A stretch of DNA of 64,000 bases from Solobacterium sp. (GTDB lineage: Bacteria; Bacillota_I; Bacilli_A; Erysipelotrichales; Erysipelotrichaceae), in contig JAGAVW010000042.1 of assembly GCA_017941735.1 (NCBI GenBank), forward strand, positions 236 to 64,235. The letters run 5' to 3'. Of this stretch, positions 20,086-29,031 are shown piece by piece. Every line of letters begins with the position of its first letter. The first letter of the stretch is position 1. The translations under genes were made by a program, and so were the position numbers. A model generated the notes under the pieces. That model was not told the origin of the DNA and ran no database searches. It worked only from the letters and a program-made list of their open reading frames with translations.

Positions 20086-20751
20086 ATGTTTACGATACCA
20101 AATGAAGCGATTTTCTATATCAATGTGGGCATTTTAGTCTTCTATGTACTGATGTTCTTTTTTGGCTATCGAAAAGGTTTCTTATATCAAATCTTGATTA
20201 CCATTGGAAGCCTCGTTGCTTTTTTTGCTTCGTGGCGGTATGCGCCTGTTTTTGCAGCAAGGTTTCATGTAGTCAATGAAGGTATGGTGCCAAAAGAATT
20301 GTCGTTATTTAAGAGTGTCATCGCCACGTATGCGAATGAATTATTATGGTATTTCATTCTTTTCTTTGCATTAAAATTTGTCTTTGGTATTTTGACACGC
20401 ATTGTTCAAAAGATACGTCGTGTACCAGTCATCAAACAGGTAAGTGGTTTATTAGGTGGCTTATTAGGCTTATTAACCGCAACGGTTTGGATTTTGGTTG
20501 TGTGTGTCTTTTTGAATACGAGTATTATTAAAAATGGTGTGGAAATAAAAGAGAAGAGTTGGCTGGGCCAAATTCAAAATAGTGCTTCCGTCGCAATTTC
20601 TTCCTTTGCTTTACCAGAAGAAGATAGCAAGCCATTTGCGAAACTTGTCCAGAATTTTGAAAACTTAGATGAGAACGATAAAAAAGCATTGGATAAATGG
20701 TTAAGTAGTCATGGATTTGAATCCATTGAAGATAATGAAATAGAACAATGA
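20086..20751 (+). CDS. cvpA: CvpA family membrane protein
   Basis: Four N-terminal TM helices; conserved location upstream of mutS2; acidic C-terminal tail. Confidence 0.75.
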   Translation: MFTIPNEAIFYINVGILVFYVLMFFFGYRKGFLYQILITIGSLVAFFASWRYAPVFAARFHVVNEGMVPKELSLFKSVIATYANELLWYFILFFALKFVFGILTRIVQKIRRVPVIKQVSGLLGGLLGLLTATVWILVVCVFLNTSIIKNGVEIKEKSWLGQIQNSASVAISSFALPEEDSKPFAKLVQNFENLDENDKKALDKWLSSHGFESIEDNEIEQ

Positions 20752-23051
20752 GAATGGAACAAAGTTTAGAATTAGATGTCATCTTGGAAGAAATGGCCCA
20801 GTATTGTTCTTTTTCCTTAGGAAAAGAAACATTATTAACAGAAAGGCCATCTTTTCATCCCCTTGAGATTGATTTAAAACTGGCCCGCATCAAGGAAGCA
20901 TTAGCGGCTTGTATTTCTTATGGACCCATGCCATTTTTGGGGATCCATGATTTAAGACAACCTCTTCTTGAATTACAAAAAGGGCGCACCTTACGTGCAA
21001 ATGATTTAAACCAAGTTGCCCAACTCATCCATGGCACCAAAGAAATCATTACTTATACAAAGGGAATCGAAGGAAAAAAAGAAGCCTTATTCGATGTAGT
21101 AGATACATTACGCGTGCATGAAAAGCTTGCAGAAGAAATCCACCAATGTATTGATGCATATGGAGAAGTCAAAGATAGCGCTAGTAGTACGCTGAAACAA
21201 ATACGGAAAGAATTATTGGGTATTGATGGGGTCATTGCAGCTGCAGCCAATTCCTTTATTGCGAAACACAAAGACCAAGTTGTGGATCAGATTATTACAG
21301 AACGCAATGCACGGGTTGTGATTCTTGTGAAGGCACAAGATAAGAATACATTTGGTGGCTATGTTTATGGAGATAGTGCAAGTGGACAAGCTTCTTATGT
21401 CGAACCAAAAGAATTGATTGGTCCTAATAATCGAAAACAAGAATTGTTATTGCAAGAGCAAGATGAGATTGCCCGTATTTTACGCCATCTAAGTAATGAA
21501 GTCGAAGAGGTGGCAGAAGAGTTAATCGCAAATATTGAAACAATTGCGTTACTAGATGCCTTATTTGCAAAAGCAATCTGGGGCACACAACACGATGGTA
21601 TTGTCGCTACAATAACAAAAGAACGTAAATTCGCAATTAAAAAAGCACGCCATCCTTTGATTGATCCTAAAAAGGTCATCGCCAACGATTATCAACTAGG
21701 TCCAGCCCAACAGATGTTATTAATTACAGGACCTAATACGGGAGGCAAAACGGTTTCTCTTAAAATTATTGGTTTATTTGTTTTGATGACGTATTGTGGT
21801 ATGCCAATTCCTTGTGAAGAAGCAATCTTTCCATATTTTGATCAAATCTTTGTGGATATTGGAGATGGACAAAGTGTGGTATCTTCCTTAAGTAGTTTTA
21901 GTGCGCATATTCAAAAATTGGCGGAAATATTAAATCAAGCAAGTCCATCTTCCTTAATTCTTTTAGATGAAATTGGAAGTGGAACCGATCCCAAAGAAGG
22001 CGAAAGTATTGCGATAGCGGTGCTTAATGAATTACGAGATCGTAAAGCAATGACAATTGCCACAACGCACTATAGTCGTTTAAAGGCATACGGGAAGCGC
22101 CATGAAGATATTCTCTTAGCAAGTGTGCAATTTGATATGGAGCAACTCATGCCAACGTATAAATACTTAGAAGGCATTACAGGCCAAAGTAATGCGCTTG
22201 AAGTCGCAAAACGTTATGGGTTACCTTCTTCGATTATTAAGTATGCGCAATTCTTAAAAAACCAAGCAAAAAGTGAAGAAGATGAACTCATTGATCGTTT
22301 AGAAGCGCAATTAAATAAAAACCAACAATTGCAAGAACAATTGGAACAAAAAGAAGCTTCATTAAAGGAAAAAGAAGCAGAATTAAAGAAAAAAGAAAAC
22401 CAACTCTTGCGACAAAAGGAGCGCTTGCAAGAACAAATCGAAGAAGAAAAAGAACATATCTTAGAAGATGCTCGCCAAGAGGCAGAAGAAATCCTCGCCG
22501 ATATGCGTCAAATGAAAAATAATGCGAAATACCATGAAGTTTTATCGGTAGCAAATCGCTTAGAAAAAGAAGAGAAGGTAGAAGAAGAGGACGCTTATAC
22601 ATTCCAAGTTGGAGATGTAGTGGAATTAAAACAATCCAACCAAATTGCCCGGATTGTTGAATTAAGGAAAAAAGGTGTTGTGATTGATTTGCATGGGCGT
22701 GAGATGGTTGTGAAATACAATCAAATTTATCCAAGTGCAAAAGTATTGCCGAAAGAAAAACCAACTACCAATGTAGCCATTTCAACAGGTAATCCTTTTG
22801 CGACGATGCCATTAGAATGTAATTTAATTGGTTTATATGTAGAAGAAGCAATGGAAGTATTACAAGATTATTTAGCAGAAGCGAAAATCCATAAACTGAA
22901 GAGTTTCCGTGTCATCCATGGGGATGGAAGTGGGGCATTACGCAAAGCGGTACATGCGTGTTTAAGTAAAGATGCTTCCATTGATAGTTTTCGCATTGGC
23001 ATGCCGCAAGAAGGTGGAACCGGGGCAACGGTTGTTACGATGAAGGAATAA
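20748..23051 (+). CDS. mutS2: Endonuclease MutS2
   Basis: MutS ATPase Walker A GPNTGGKT, coiled-coil, C-terminal Smr domain (RVIHGDGSGALRKAV). Confidence 0.96.
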   Translation: MRMEQSLELDVILEEMAQYCSFSLGKETLLTERPSFHPLEIDLKLARIKEALAACISYGPMPFLGIHDLRQPLLELQKGRTLRANDLNQVAQLIHGTKEIITYTKGIEGKKEALFDVVDTLRVHEKLAEEIHQCIDAYGEVKDSASSTLKQIRKELLGIDGVIAAAANSFIAKHKDQVVDQIITERNARVVILVKAQDKNTFGGYVYGDSASGQASYVEPKELIGPNNRKQELLLQEQDEIARILRHLSNEVEEVAEELIANIETIALLDALFAKAIWGTQHDGIVATITKERKFAIKKARHPLIDPKKVIANDYQLGPAQQMLLITGPNTGGKTVSLKIIGLFVLMTYCGMPIPCEEAIFPYFDQIFVDIGDGQSVVSSLSSFSAHIQKLAEILNQASPSSLILLDEIGSGTDPKEGESIAIAVLNELRDRKAMTIATTHYSRLKAYGKRHEDILLASVQFDMEQLMPTYKYLEGITGQSNALEVAKRYGLPSSIIKYAQFLKNQAKSEEDELIDRLEAQLNKNQQLQEQLEQKEASLKEKEAELKKKENQLLRQKERLQEQIEEEKEHILEDARQEAEEILADMRQMKNNAKYHEVLSVANRLEKEEKVEEEDAYTFQVGDVVELKQSNQIARIVELRKKGVVIDLHGREMVVKYNQIYPSAKVLPKEKPTTNVAISTGNPFATMPLECNLIGLYVEEAMEVLQDYLAEAKIHKLKSFRVIHGDGSGALRKAVHACLSKDASIDSFRIGMPQEGGTGATVVTMKE

Positions 23052-23052
23052 G

Positions 23053-24807
23053 ATGAAGAAGGAACATTTAAAAGCAAAACTCGCAACTTTACCAAATGAA
23101 CCAGGTTCTTACCAAATGAAAGATCGTCATGGCGAAATCATTTATGTAGGGAAAGCGAAAAATCTACATGCACGTGTGAATCAATACTTTGTTGGAGCAC
23201 ATGATTTTAAAACGACCAAGTTGGTTCAAAATATTGAGGACTTTGATTTCATTGTGACTAAAACGGAAAAAGAAGCTTTGATTTTAGAAATCAATTTAAT
23301 TAAAAAGTATCGTCCGAAATATAACATCATGTTTATTGATGATAGTAGTTATCCCTATATTAAGTTGACGAAAGAAGATTATCCACGTTTATTAATTGCC
23401 CGTGATACGAAAAAAGATAAGAAATCAAAGTATTTTGGTCCATTTCCTGATGCAAGTGCTGCAAAAGAAACCCAACGCATTCTACAAAACATTTATCCAT
23501 TCCGTCGTTGTACGCATATGAAAGATAAAGTTTGTCTTTATTATCATATGGGGCAATGCTTAGGGCCTTGCCAATATGACATCCCTAAAGAAGTTTATGA
23601 AGAAATGAGTGCTAAGGTGACGAAATTTTTGAATGGGGATAGTAAAGAAGTAGAAAAAGAACTGGAAGAAAAGATGTATGAGGCAAGTGAAAAACTAGAG
23701 TTTGAGAAAGCACAAGCCTACAAACAATCTTTAGATGCGATTGCACGTGTCATTGATAAACAAATGATTGAATTAGATAAACAAGGAACTAGAGATGTAT
23801 TTGCGTATTATGCAGATCGAGGCTATCTTGCGATTCAAGGCTTTCTTGTTCGAAAAGGGGTTGTGTTAAATAAAGAATTCCGTTTACAACCTCTATATGG
23901 AGATCCCGAAGAAGAATTTATATCTTTCCTCATTCAGTATTATGAAAACCATCCATTCCCAACCGAACTTGTCTTACCAAAAGAAGTAGATATCACAACC
24001 CTTGAAGAAGTCTTAGACGTGCGTTTGTTTCAACCACAAAAGGGCTATCGCCAACAACTCATTACCATGTGTATTGAAAATGCGAAAAAGCAATTAAATC
24101 AAAAATTTGATGTTGTGGAGCGACAAGAAGAAACCACACAAGATGCCATTCAAACTTTGAGTGACCTTGCAGGAAGACCAATGAATCGTGTCGAACTATT
24201 TGATAATAGCCATACCAGTGGTCAATATACAGTCGCTTCATGTGTAGTGTATGAAGATGGCCATCCTTCAAAAAAAGATTATCGTTTGTATCGTTTGCAT
24301 ACAGGAAACTCCGATGTGGATTCTATGAAAGAAGTTGTTTATCGTCGTTATTTCCGTCTTATGAAAGAACAAGGTGTTTTACCAGATGCAATTCTTGTGG
24401 ATGGTGGGTATATTCAAATTGAAGCAGCCAAAGAAATCATTGATCAACTTGGCTTAGATATAAAGATTATGGGTCTAGTCAAAGATGATCACCATAATAC
24501 AAATGCATTAATGGATGAAACAGGGAAAGTATTCGATATTGATAAGAATTCTGGATTATTCTTTTTGTTGACGCGTATGCAAGATGAAGTGCACCGTGTC
24601 GCGATTTCTTATCACCGTAAACTACGTGCCAAAGCCCAAACCAAATCCATTCTTGATGAGATCGAAGGAATTGGACCAAAGCGTAAGAAACAATTATTAA
24701 AAGAATTTAAGAATTTAACTAATATCAAAGAAGCATCAGAAGAAGAATTAGCGAAGGTCGTACCACAAGCGTTGGCCAAAGAGATCTATACATTCTTCCA
24801 TTCTTAG
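23053..24807 (+). CDS. uvrC: Excinuclease ABC subunit C
   Basis: GIY-YIG N-domain (GSYQMKD...IIYVGKAKNL), UVR domain, C-terminal endonuclease and HhH. Confidence 0.97.
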   Translation: MKKEHLKAKLATLPNEPGSYQMKDRHGEIIYVGKAKNLHARVNQYFVGAHDFKTTKLVQNIEDFDFIVTKTEKEALILEINLIKKYRPKYNIMFIDDSSYPYIKLTKEDYPRLLIARDTKKDKKSKYFGPFPDASAAKETQRILQNIYPFRRCTHMKDKVCLYYHMGQCLGPCQYDIPKEVYEEMSAKVTKFLNGDSKEVEKELEEKMYEASEKLEFEKAQAYKQSLDAIARVIDKQMIELDKQGTRDVFAYYADRGYLAIQGFLVRKGVVLNKEFRLQPLYGDPEEEFISFLIQYYENHPFPTELVLPKEVDITTLEEVLDVRLFQPQKGYRQQLITMCIENAKKQLNQKFDVVERQEETTQDAIQTLSDLAGRPMNRVELFDNSHTSGQYTVASCVVYEDGHPSKKDYRLYRLHTGNSDVDSMKEVVYRRYFRLMKEQGVLPDAILVDGGYIQIEAAKEIIDQLGLDIKIMGLVKDDHHNTNALMDETGKVFDIDKNSGLFFLLTRMQDEVHRVAISYHRKLRAKAQTKSILDEIEGIGPKRKKQLLKEFKNLTNIKEASEEELAKVVPQALAKEIYTFFHS

Positions 24808-24809
24808 CA

Positions 24810-24818
24810 TGGTATAAT
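24810..24818 (+). promoter_or_regulatory. Extended -10 box, candidate leaderless promoter
   Basis: tggtataat ends 7 nt before ATG 24826; no SD. Confidence 0.55.
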
Positions 24819-24825
24819 AAGCAAG

Positions 24826-25821
24826 ATGAGCGTAACAATTACGAGTGAACAAGAACGTTTTCGAAAATACTTTGTCATTATTTTGGCATTGTTTTCAGCG
24901 ATTATGATTGGAGTATTGAATTTTCGTTATGATTCTTTATCGCGTTATCCATATCGTGACCAACAAAGTCGTAAAAAAATCAAAGAACAATTAACGAAAG
25001 AAGAGATTGAATACATCATTGAATATTCAATCGCGCCAAGCTTATTTATTAACTTTATTGAAGCAGATGGTTTTAATATTTATCATGCGCAAGATTATAA
25101 ACGCTTAAGTGAAGTCTTGTGGGATAAAAGCCCACAAGAAATTGTGACAATGGTAGAAAGTACACGTAATGATATGAGTACAGATGAGCTTATCCACTAT
25201 CTACAAAGTTATTCCTTTGAAGAACTTGATACCTTCTTAAAGGAAGGGGATGCGAATTCCCCTGGCACAACACTCATTGATAATGCGAATCACCTCAATG
25301 CCTATGTCAATGTGAAGCGTACGGTTGGAACCCATGTGCCCAATAACTTAGTGAAAGTATCAAACAATATTACCGAAGAAGAAATGTATCTTACGGAAGA
25401 CGCACACATTGCGCTAAATAGTATGTGTAATGCAATCAATGCGCAAATGCGACAAACGCAAGGATGTGGTGGCTTTGCGATTACGAAGGCTTATGTTTCT
25501 TATGAAGATCAAGAAAAAGAATTTGCCTTACTTGGTAGTCCAAAGACAAGCTATCCAGGCCACGATGAACACCAATTAGGTTTAGCAGTTGATTTAAAAG
25601 TTCCTGGTATTCCAGATGCAGAATTATTTAAGACAGAACCTGGTACATGGCTCAAAGAAAACGCATGGCGATTTGGGTTTGTGCAAACTTATACGGAAGA
25701 TGTCAAAGCGTTAACGAATCATGATGCGGAGAATGGACATTATCGCTTTGTGGGAATGGTTTTAGCACGTATGCTTCATGAAAGTGGCTTACGATTTGCG
25801 AACTATTCAGAGAATTATTAA
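24826..25821 (+). CDS. Membrane-anchored D-alanyl-D-alanine carboxypeptidase family protein (VanY/M15B-like)
   Basis: N-terminal TM segment; HDEHQLGLAVDL zinc-ligand motif and a C-terminal H (GHYRF). Confidence 0.8.
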   Translation: MSVTITSEQERFRKYFVIILALFSAIMIGVLNFRYDSLSRYPYRDQQSRKKIKEQLTKEEIEYIIEYSIAPSLFINFIEADGFNIYHAQDYKRLSEVLWDKSPQEIVTMVESTRNDMSTDELIHYLQSYSFEELDTFLKEGDANSPGTTLIDNANHLNAYVNVKRTVGTHVPNNLVKVSNNITEEEMYLTEDAHIALNSMCNAINAQMRQTQGCGGFAITKAYVSYEDQEKEFALLGSPKTSYPGHDEHQLGLAVDLKVPGIPDAELFKTEPGTWLKENAWRFGFVQTYTEDVKALTNHDAENGHYRFVGMVLARMLHESGLRFANYSENY

Positions 25822-25857
25822 AAATATTGAAGCTAGGATGGCTTCAATATTTTCTTT
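25819..25857. terminator. Bidirectional rho-independent terminator between convergent genes
   Basis: aatattgaagc / gcttcaatatt 11-bp stem (25823-25851), A-run on the left, T-run on the right; overlaps the 3' codons of the minus-strand gene. Confidence 0.75.
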
Positions 25858-26225
25858 AGAATATCGGTAATGTTTTTTTGTTGCATGCGTTTGTTTAGAA
25901 CGCGTGAAGTACTATTTCGAAATTGGGTCATACCTTTTTGACCGGATTTCTTTTTATCTTTGAGAATGGCTTTTAAGACCATGAGCCCACCAAATATATC
26001 TTTTGCGCCAATTGGGGAAGGTTTCTTATCCGGGTCTGGTTTTGGTAATTGTTCCATCTTCTCATTTAGCAATGTTGTTTCTTTATTGATTCCTTCAACA
26101 CGCACATTCATTTGTTTTAGTGCTTCTAGTAAAGGACGCAAACGTAACAGCGTCAAAACAAGAAAAACAACCAGTAAGATAAGCGCACCATAGAGTAGAT
26201 AATAATTGTATGGATATAAGTTCAT
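25833..26225 (-). CDS. Hypothetical single-pass membrane protein with a basic C-terminus
   Basis: 130 aa; N-terminal TM (LLYGALILLVVFLVLTLL), coiled segment, Lys-rich tail. Confidence 0.5.
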   Translation of the reverse strand: MNLYPYNYYLLYGALILLVVFLVLTLLRLRPLLEALKQMNVRVEGINKETTLLNEKMEQLPKPDPDKKPSPIGAKDIFGGLMVLKAILKDKKKSGQKGMTQFRNSTSRVLNKRMQQKNITDILKKILKPS

Positions 26226-26231
26226 ATCTAT

Positions 26232-26277
26232 ATTTTAACGTATTTTTCACATGTTTCTAGAGGGAATCGTTTATAAT
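26232..26277. promoter_or_regulatory. Back-to-back divergent -10 boxes (candidate leaderless promoters) for the 130-aa gene and yfcE-like gene
   Basis: Minus strand taaaat (26237-26232) ends 6 nt before ATG 26225. Plus strand tataat (26272-26277) ends 6 nt before ATG 26284. Confidence 0.5.
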
Positions 26278-26283
26278 TAAGAC

Positions 26284-26763
26284 ATGCCTAAAAAAATTAT
26301 CATAATTAGTGACAATCACGGAATGGAAAAACCGATACAGGATATTTTAAATGCCTATCCTGAGGCAGATTATTTTTTCCATTTAGGAGATAGTGAAATG
26401 CCATATCAGTTTTTAAAAGGTTATGCGCGAGTAAGAGGAAACAACGATTATGATTTTGATTATCCAGAGAATTTAATTCTTGAAATTGATGATCATAAGT
26501 TCTATTTAACGCATGGGCATCGGGATTATGTAGCCTTTGGCTTAGATACGTTAATTCATAAAATGCGACAAGAGGGGTGTGACATTGGTTGTTTCGGTCA
26601 CACGCATCGTTATTTTGAAGCGAAAGCAGATGGGTTATTGTTGTTGAATCCAGGAAGCATATGGCATAATCGGGATGGCTCCAAACCTTCTTATATGATT
26701 CTTACACTAGGTGATAAAATCACGGTGGAAAGAAAAGTATATCCAATTGAAAAGATAGATTAA
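26284..26763 (+). CDS. YfcE/MJ0936-family metallophosphoesterase
   Basis: DNHG, GD, GNND, HGH, GHTH motif series. Confidence 0.88.
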   Translation: MPKKIIIISDNHGMEKPIQDILNAYPEADYFFHLGDSEMPYQFLKGYARVRGNNDYDFDYPENLILEIDDHKFYLTHGHRDYVAFGLDTLIHKMRQEGCDIGCFGHTHRYFEAKADGLLLLNPGSIWHNRDGSKPSYMILTLGDKITVERKVYPIEKID

Positions 26764-26786
26764 ATTTGTTATATTATTATCCGCAT

Positions 26787-26863
26787 GTCCTCGTAGCTCA
26801 GCTGGATAGAGCACTCGCCTTCTAAGCGAGTGGTCATGGGTTCGAGTCCCCTCGAGGACGCCA
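26787..26863 (+). tRNA. tRNA-Arg (anticodon TCT)
   Basis: Cloverleaf read by hand: acceptor gtcctcg/cgaggac, D-arm gctc..gagc, anticodon stem ctcgc/gcgag with loop cTTCTaa (anticodon 26821-26823), TTCGAGT T-loop, encoded CCA. One U-C mismatch in the T-stem. Confidence 0.9.
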
Positions 26864-26874
26864 TTGAAAGAAAG

Positions 26875-26896
26875 AGGCTAGAAATAGCCTTTTTTC
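26875..26896 (+). terminator. Rho-independent terminator after the tRNA
   Basis: aggcta gaaa tagcct plus ttttt. Confidence 0.75.
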
Positions 26897-26897
26897 T

Positions 26898-26905
26898 TGT
26901 ATAAT
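26898..26905 (+). promoter_or_regulatory. Extended -10 box, candidate leaderless promoter
   Basis: tgtataat ends 6 nt before ATG 26912. Confidence 0.55.
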
Positions 26906-26911
26906 GGGCCT

Positions 26912-27556
26912 ATGAATGAATATTATCGTGATTTGTTTCTGCAATTAGAAGAGATGATGGAAGAAGGGCATTATGAAGAGGCAAACTACTTGATTGAAAA
27001 AGAGTTACATATGCCATATCTTCCGCAAGAAGTCGAATCTAAACTGCAATCTCTAAAAAAAGATGCGGTTTATTATTGTGCTAACGAAAAGGAAACAAAA
27101 GAAGATACGTTAGAAAGTTTATTGAATCGATTGCGTAGTGGAAAACCAGCATCGGTTTTATATGCGTGTGAGAAATTATGCGAGCGCAATTTAAGGTCGT
27201 GCATTCCTGAAATCCAAGACTTCTTAAGAAAAGATCCATTACCAGAAGCGGCCGCATTATTGATTGATGCACTTGCTGAACAAGAGATTCAAGAAGAATT
27301 TATCTTAAAACGCCAAGGGCTCGAATTTACTTTTTATGGGGATTCCATTACGCCAGTATCAAAAAGTGCTGGGTTAAAAGCTGCGATGGCGTTACTTGAA
27401 GAAAAGTATTATAAGAATCCATCTTTCTTACAAATGGCGCGCACCTTATTAATTCATACGGTATATCTTTATTTGCCACTGAGTTATGAAGAAAGCGATG
27501 CGCCACTCTTAGTAAAGGAAGTCGAAGCACAATTAGAAGAAATTCAAGGAATATAA
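26912..27556 (+). CDS. Hypothetical helical protein (possibly DUF3196-like)
   Basis: 214 aa from ATG 26912 (track start TTG 26897). No motif recognised with confidence; the family name is from memory only. Confidence 0.45.
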   Translation: MNEYYRDLFLQLEEMMEEGHYEEANYLIEKELHMPYLPQEVESKLQSLKKDAVYYCANEKETKEDTLESLLNRLRSGKPASVLYACEKLCERNLRSCIPEIQDFLRKDPLPEAAALLIDALAEQEIQEEFILKRQGLEFTFYGDSITPVSKSAGLKAAMALLEEKYYKNPSFLQMARTLLIHTVYLYLPLSYEESDAPLLVKEVEAQLEEIQGI

Positions 27557-27562
27557 AAGAAA

Positions 27563-27589
27563 TTGGCACTCACTAGTTGACAGTGCTAA
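27563..27589 (+). promoter_or_regulatory. CIRCE-like HrcA operator 1 (overlaps the -35 of the tig promoter)
   Basis: TTGGCACTC-N9-CAGTGCTAA versus consensus TTAGCACTC-N9-GAGTGCTAA (2 mismatches). Confidence 0.75.
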
Positions 27590-27605
27590 TTTTTTGCGTT
27601 ATGAT
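27577..27605 (+). promoter_or_regulatory. SigA-type promoter of tig
   Basis: -35 ttgaca (27577-27582), 17-nt spacer, -10 tatgat (27600-27605). Confidence 0.75.
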
Positions 27606-27632
27606 TTAGCAGGCATGGTAGCAGAGTGCTAA
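27606..27632 (+). promoter_or_regulatory. CIRCE-like HrcA operator 2 (immediately downstream of the -10)
   Basis: TTAGCAGGC-N9-GAGTGCTAA; right arm perfect, left arm has 2 mismatches. Confidence 0.7.
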
Positions 27633-27693
27633 CTATGGCGTGAATTCCAATCCTTTGGTATACTTGGAGGGTTAGCTGAAAGGAGCAATGAAT

Positions 27694-28989
27694 ATGTCCG
27701 CAAATTTTACATTAAAGGAAAAATCAATGGGTGAATTAGAAGTCACAGTTGAAGGAGAAAAATGGAAGGAAGCTTGTGCCAAAGCATTTGATAAGCTTGC
27801 GAAAAAAGTAAGCATCGATGGATTCCGTAAAGGACAAGCACCAAAGAAGATTTTAGAACAACGTATCTCTAAAGGAGAACGTCAAGTTCAAGCAGTCGAT
27901 GATAACTTAAATCATTGGCTCATTGAAGGGATTCAAGAAGCAAACGTGAATCCAATTAGTCAACCAAGCGTTGAAATCAAAGCTGTGGATGATGAGAAGG
28001 TAGAGCTTGTTTATAAGTTCGCAGTTATGCCAGAAGTAAAACTTGGTGAATATAAGGGCTTAGAATACCAAGTGGAAGAGGCAAAGGTAAGCGAAGAAGA
28101 GTTCGATGCGGAAATAAACCGTATGCGTGAAACTTATGCGGATATGGAAATAAAAGAAGAAGCTTCCGAAAATGGAGATACCGTTAATATTGATTATGAA
28201 GGATTTAAAGATGGGGTTCCATTTGATGGTGGCAAAGCAGAAGGTTATGACCTTGTATTAGGTTCTAATAGTTTCATTCCTGGCTTTGAAGAACAATTAG
28301 TTGGCGTGAAAGCAGGAGAAGAAAAAGATTTGAATTTAACCTTCCCAGAAGAATACCACGCGGCTGATTTAGCAGGTAAAGAAGTTGTTTTCCATGTGAA
28401 AGTCAATGAAGTGAAAACAAAAGTGTTACCTGAATTAGACGATGATTTCGCAAAAGACGTGAATATTCCAGAAGTGGAAACCGTAGAAGATTTAAAGAAA
28501 AAAGTACGTGAGCGTTTAGAAGAAAACAAAAAGCGTATGGTTGAAAATGATGCAGATCGCAAATTCTTAGACCAATTGTCTGCAGGCGCAGAAGTAGAAA
28601 TTCCAGATGTACTTATTGAAGATGAAGAAAAACAAATGTTCAATGAGTTAGCTGCAAATCTACAACAATATGGTATGTCGGTAGATACCTTCCTCAAGAG
28701 TTCTGGGCAAACTCAAGAAGAATATCTCAAAGGCTTTGAAGAAGAAGCGACCAAAGCAGTCAAACTTCGCTTAGTCTTGGGTCAAATCGCGAAAGAAGAA
28801 AACATTGAACCAAGTGAAGAAGATGTTGAAAAAGAAGTTGAACGCATCGCTGGCATCTATCAAATGGATGTCGAAGATGTGAAGCGTGCCATTAATCCAG
28901 AATTGCTGAAAGGTGATTTGAAGAATAATATGGCCTTCAAACTTGCGAAAGATGCTGCGAAAGTAGTTACAATTAAAAACGAAAAATAA
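27694..28989 (+). CDS. tig: Trigger factor
   Basis: Ribosome-binding GFRKGQAP motif, FKBP PPIase core (FIPGFEEQLVG). SD aaaggag is 8 nt before ATG 27694 (track start 27688). Confidence 0.96.
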   Translation: MSANFTLKEKSMGELEVTVEGEKWKEACAKAFDKLAKKVSIDGFRKGQAPKKILEQRISKGERQVQAVDDNLNHWLIEGIQEANVNPISQPSVEIKAVDDEKVELVYKFAVMPEVKLGEYKGLEYQVEEAKVSEEEFDAEINRMRETYADMEIKEEASENGDTVNIDYEGFKDGVPFDGGKAEGYDLVLGSNSFIPGFEEQLVGVKAGEEKDLNLTFPEEYHAADLAGKEVVFHVKVNEVKTKVLPELDDDFAKDVNIPEVETVEDLKKKVRERLEENKKRMVENDADRKFLDQLSAGAEVEIPDVLIEDEEKQMFNELAANLQQYGMSVDTFLKSSGQTQEEYLKGFEEEATKAVKLRLVLGQIAKEENIEPSEEDVEKEVERIAGIYQMDVEDVKRAINPELLKGDLKNNMAFKLAKDAAKVVTIKNEK

Positions 28990-29010
28990 GACGCCCAAGC
29001 GTCTTATTTT
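28988..29010 (+). terminator. Rho-independent terminator or attenuator between tig and lon
   Basis: aagacgc ccaa gcgtctt plus atttt. Confidence 0.7.
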
Positions 29011-29031
29011 ATCCAAAAGGAGGTATTACAA

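Noticed and set aside
28245-28697. 150-aa antisense ORF inside tig. Similar long antisense ORFs lie inside rnc (40149-40679), mutS2 (22288-22764), infB (50205-50744), nusA (48504-48938, 48554-48847), divIB (35501-35920), yloV (37231-37662) and DUF853 (41949-42350).
   Set aside because: They sit opposite well-supported genes rich in GAA/AAA/GAT codons, whose complements rarely give stops. Their products are low-complexity Ser/Phe/Leu strings with no start context. These are classic shadow ORFs.
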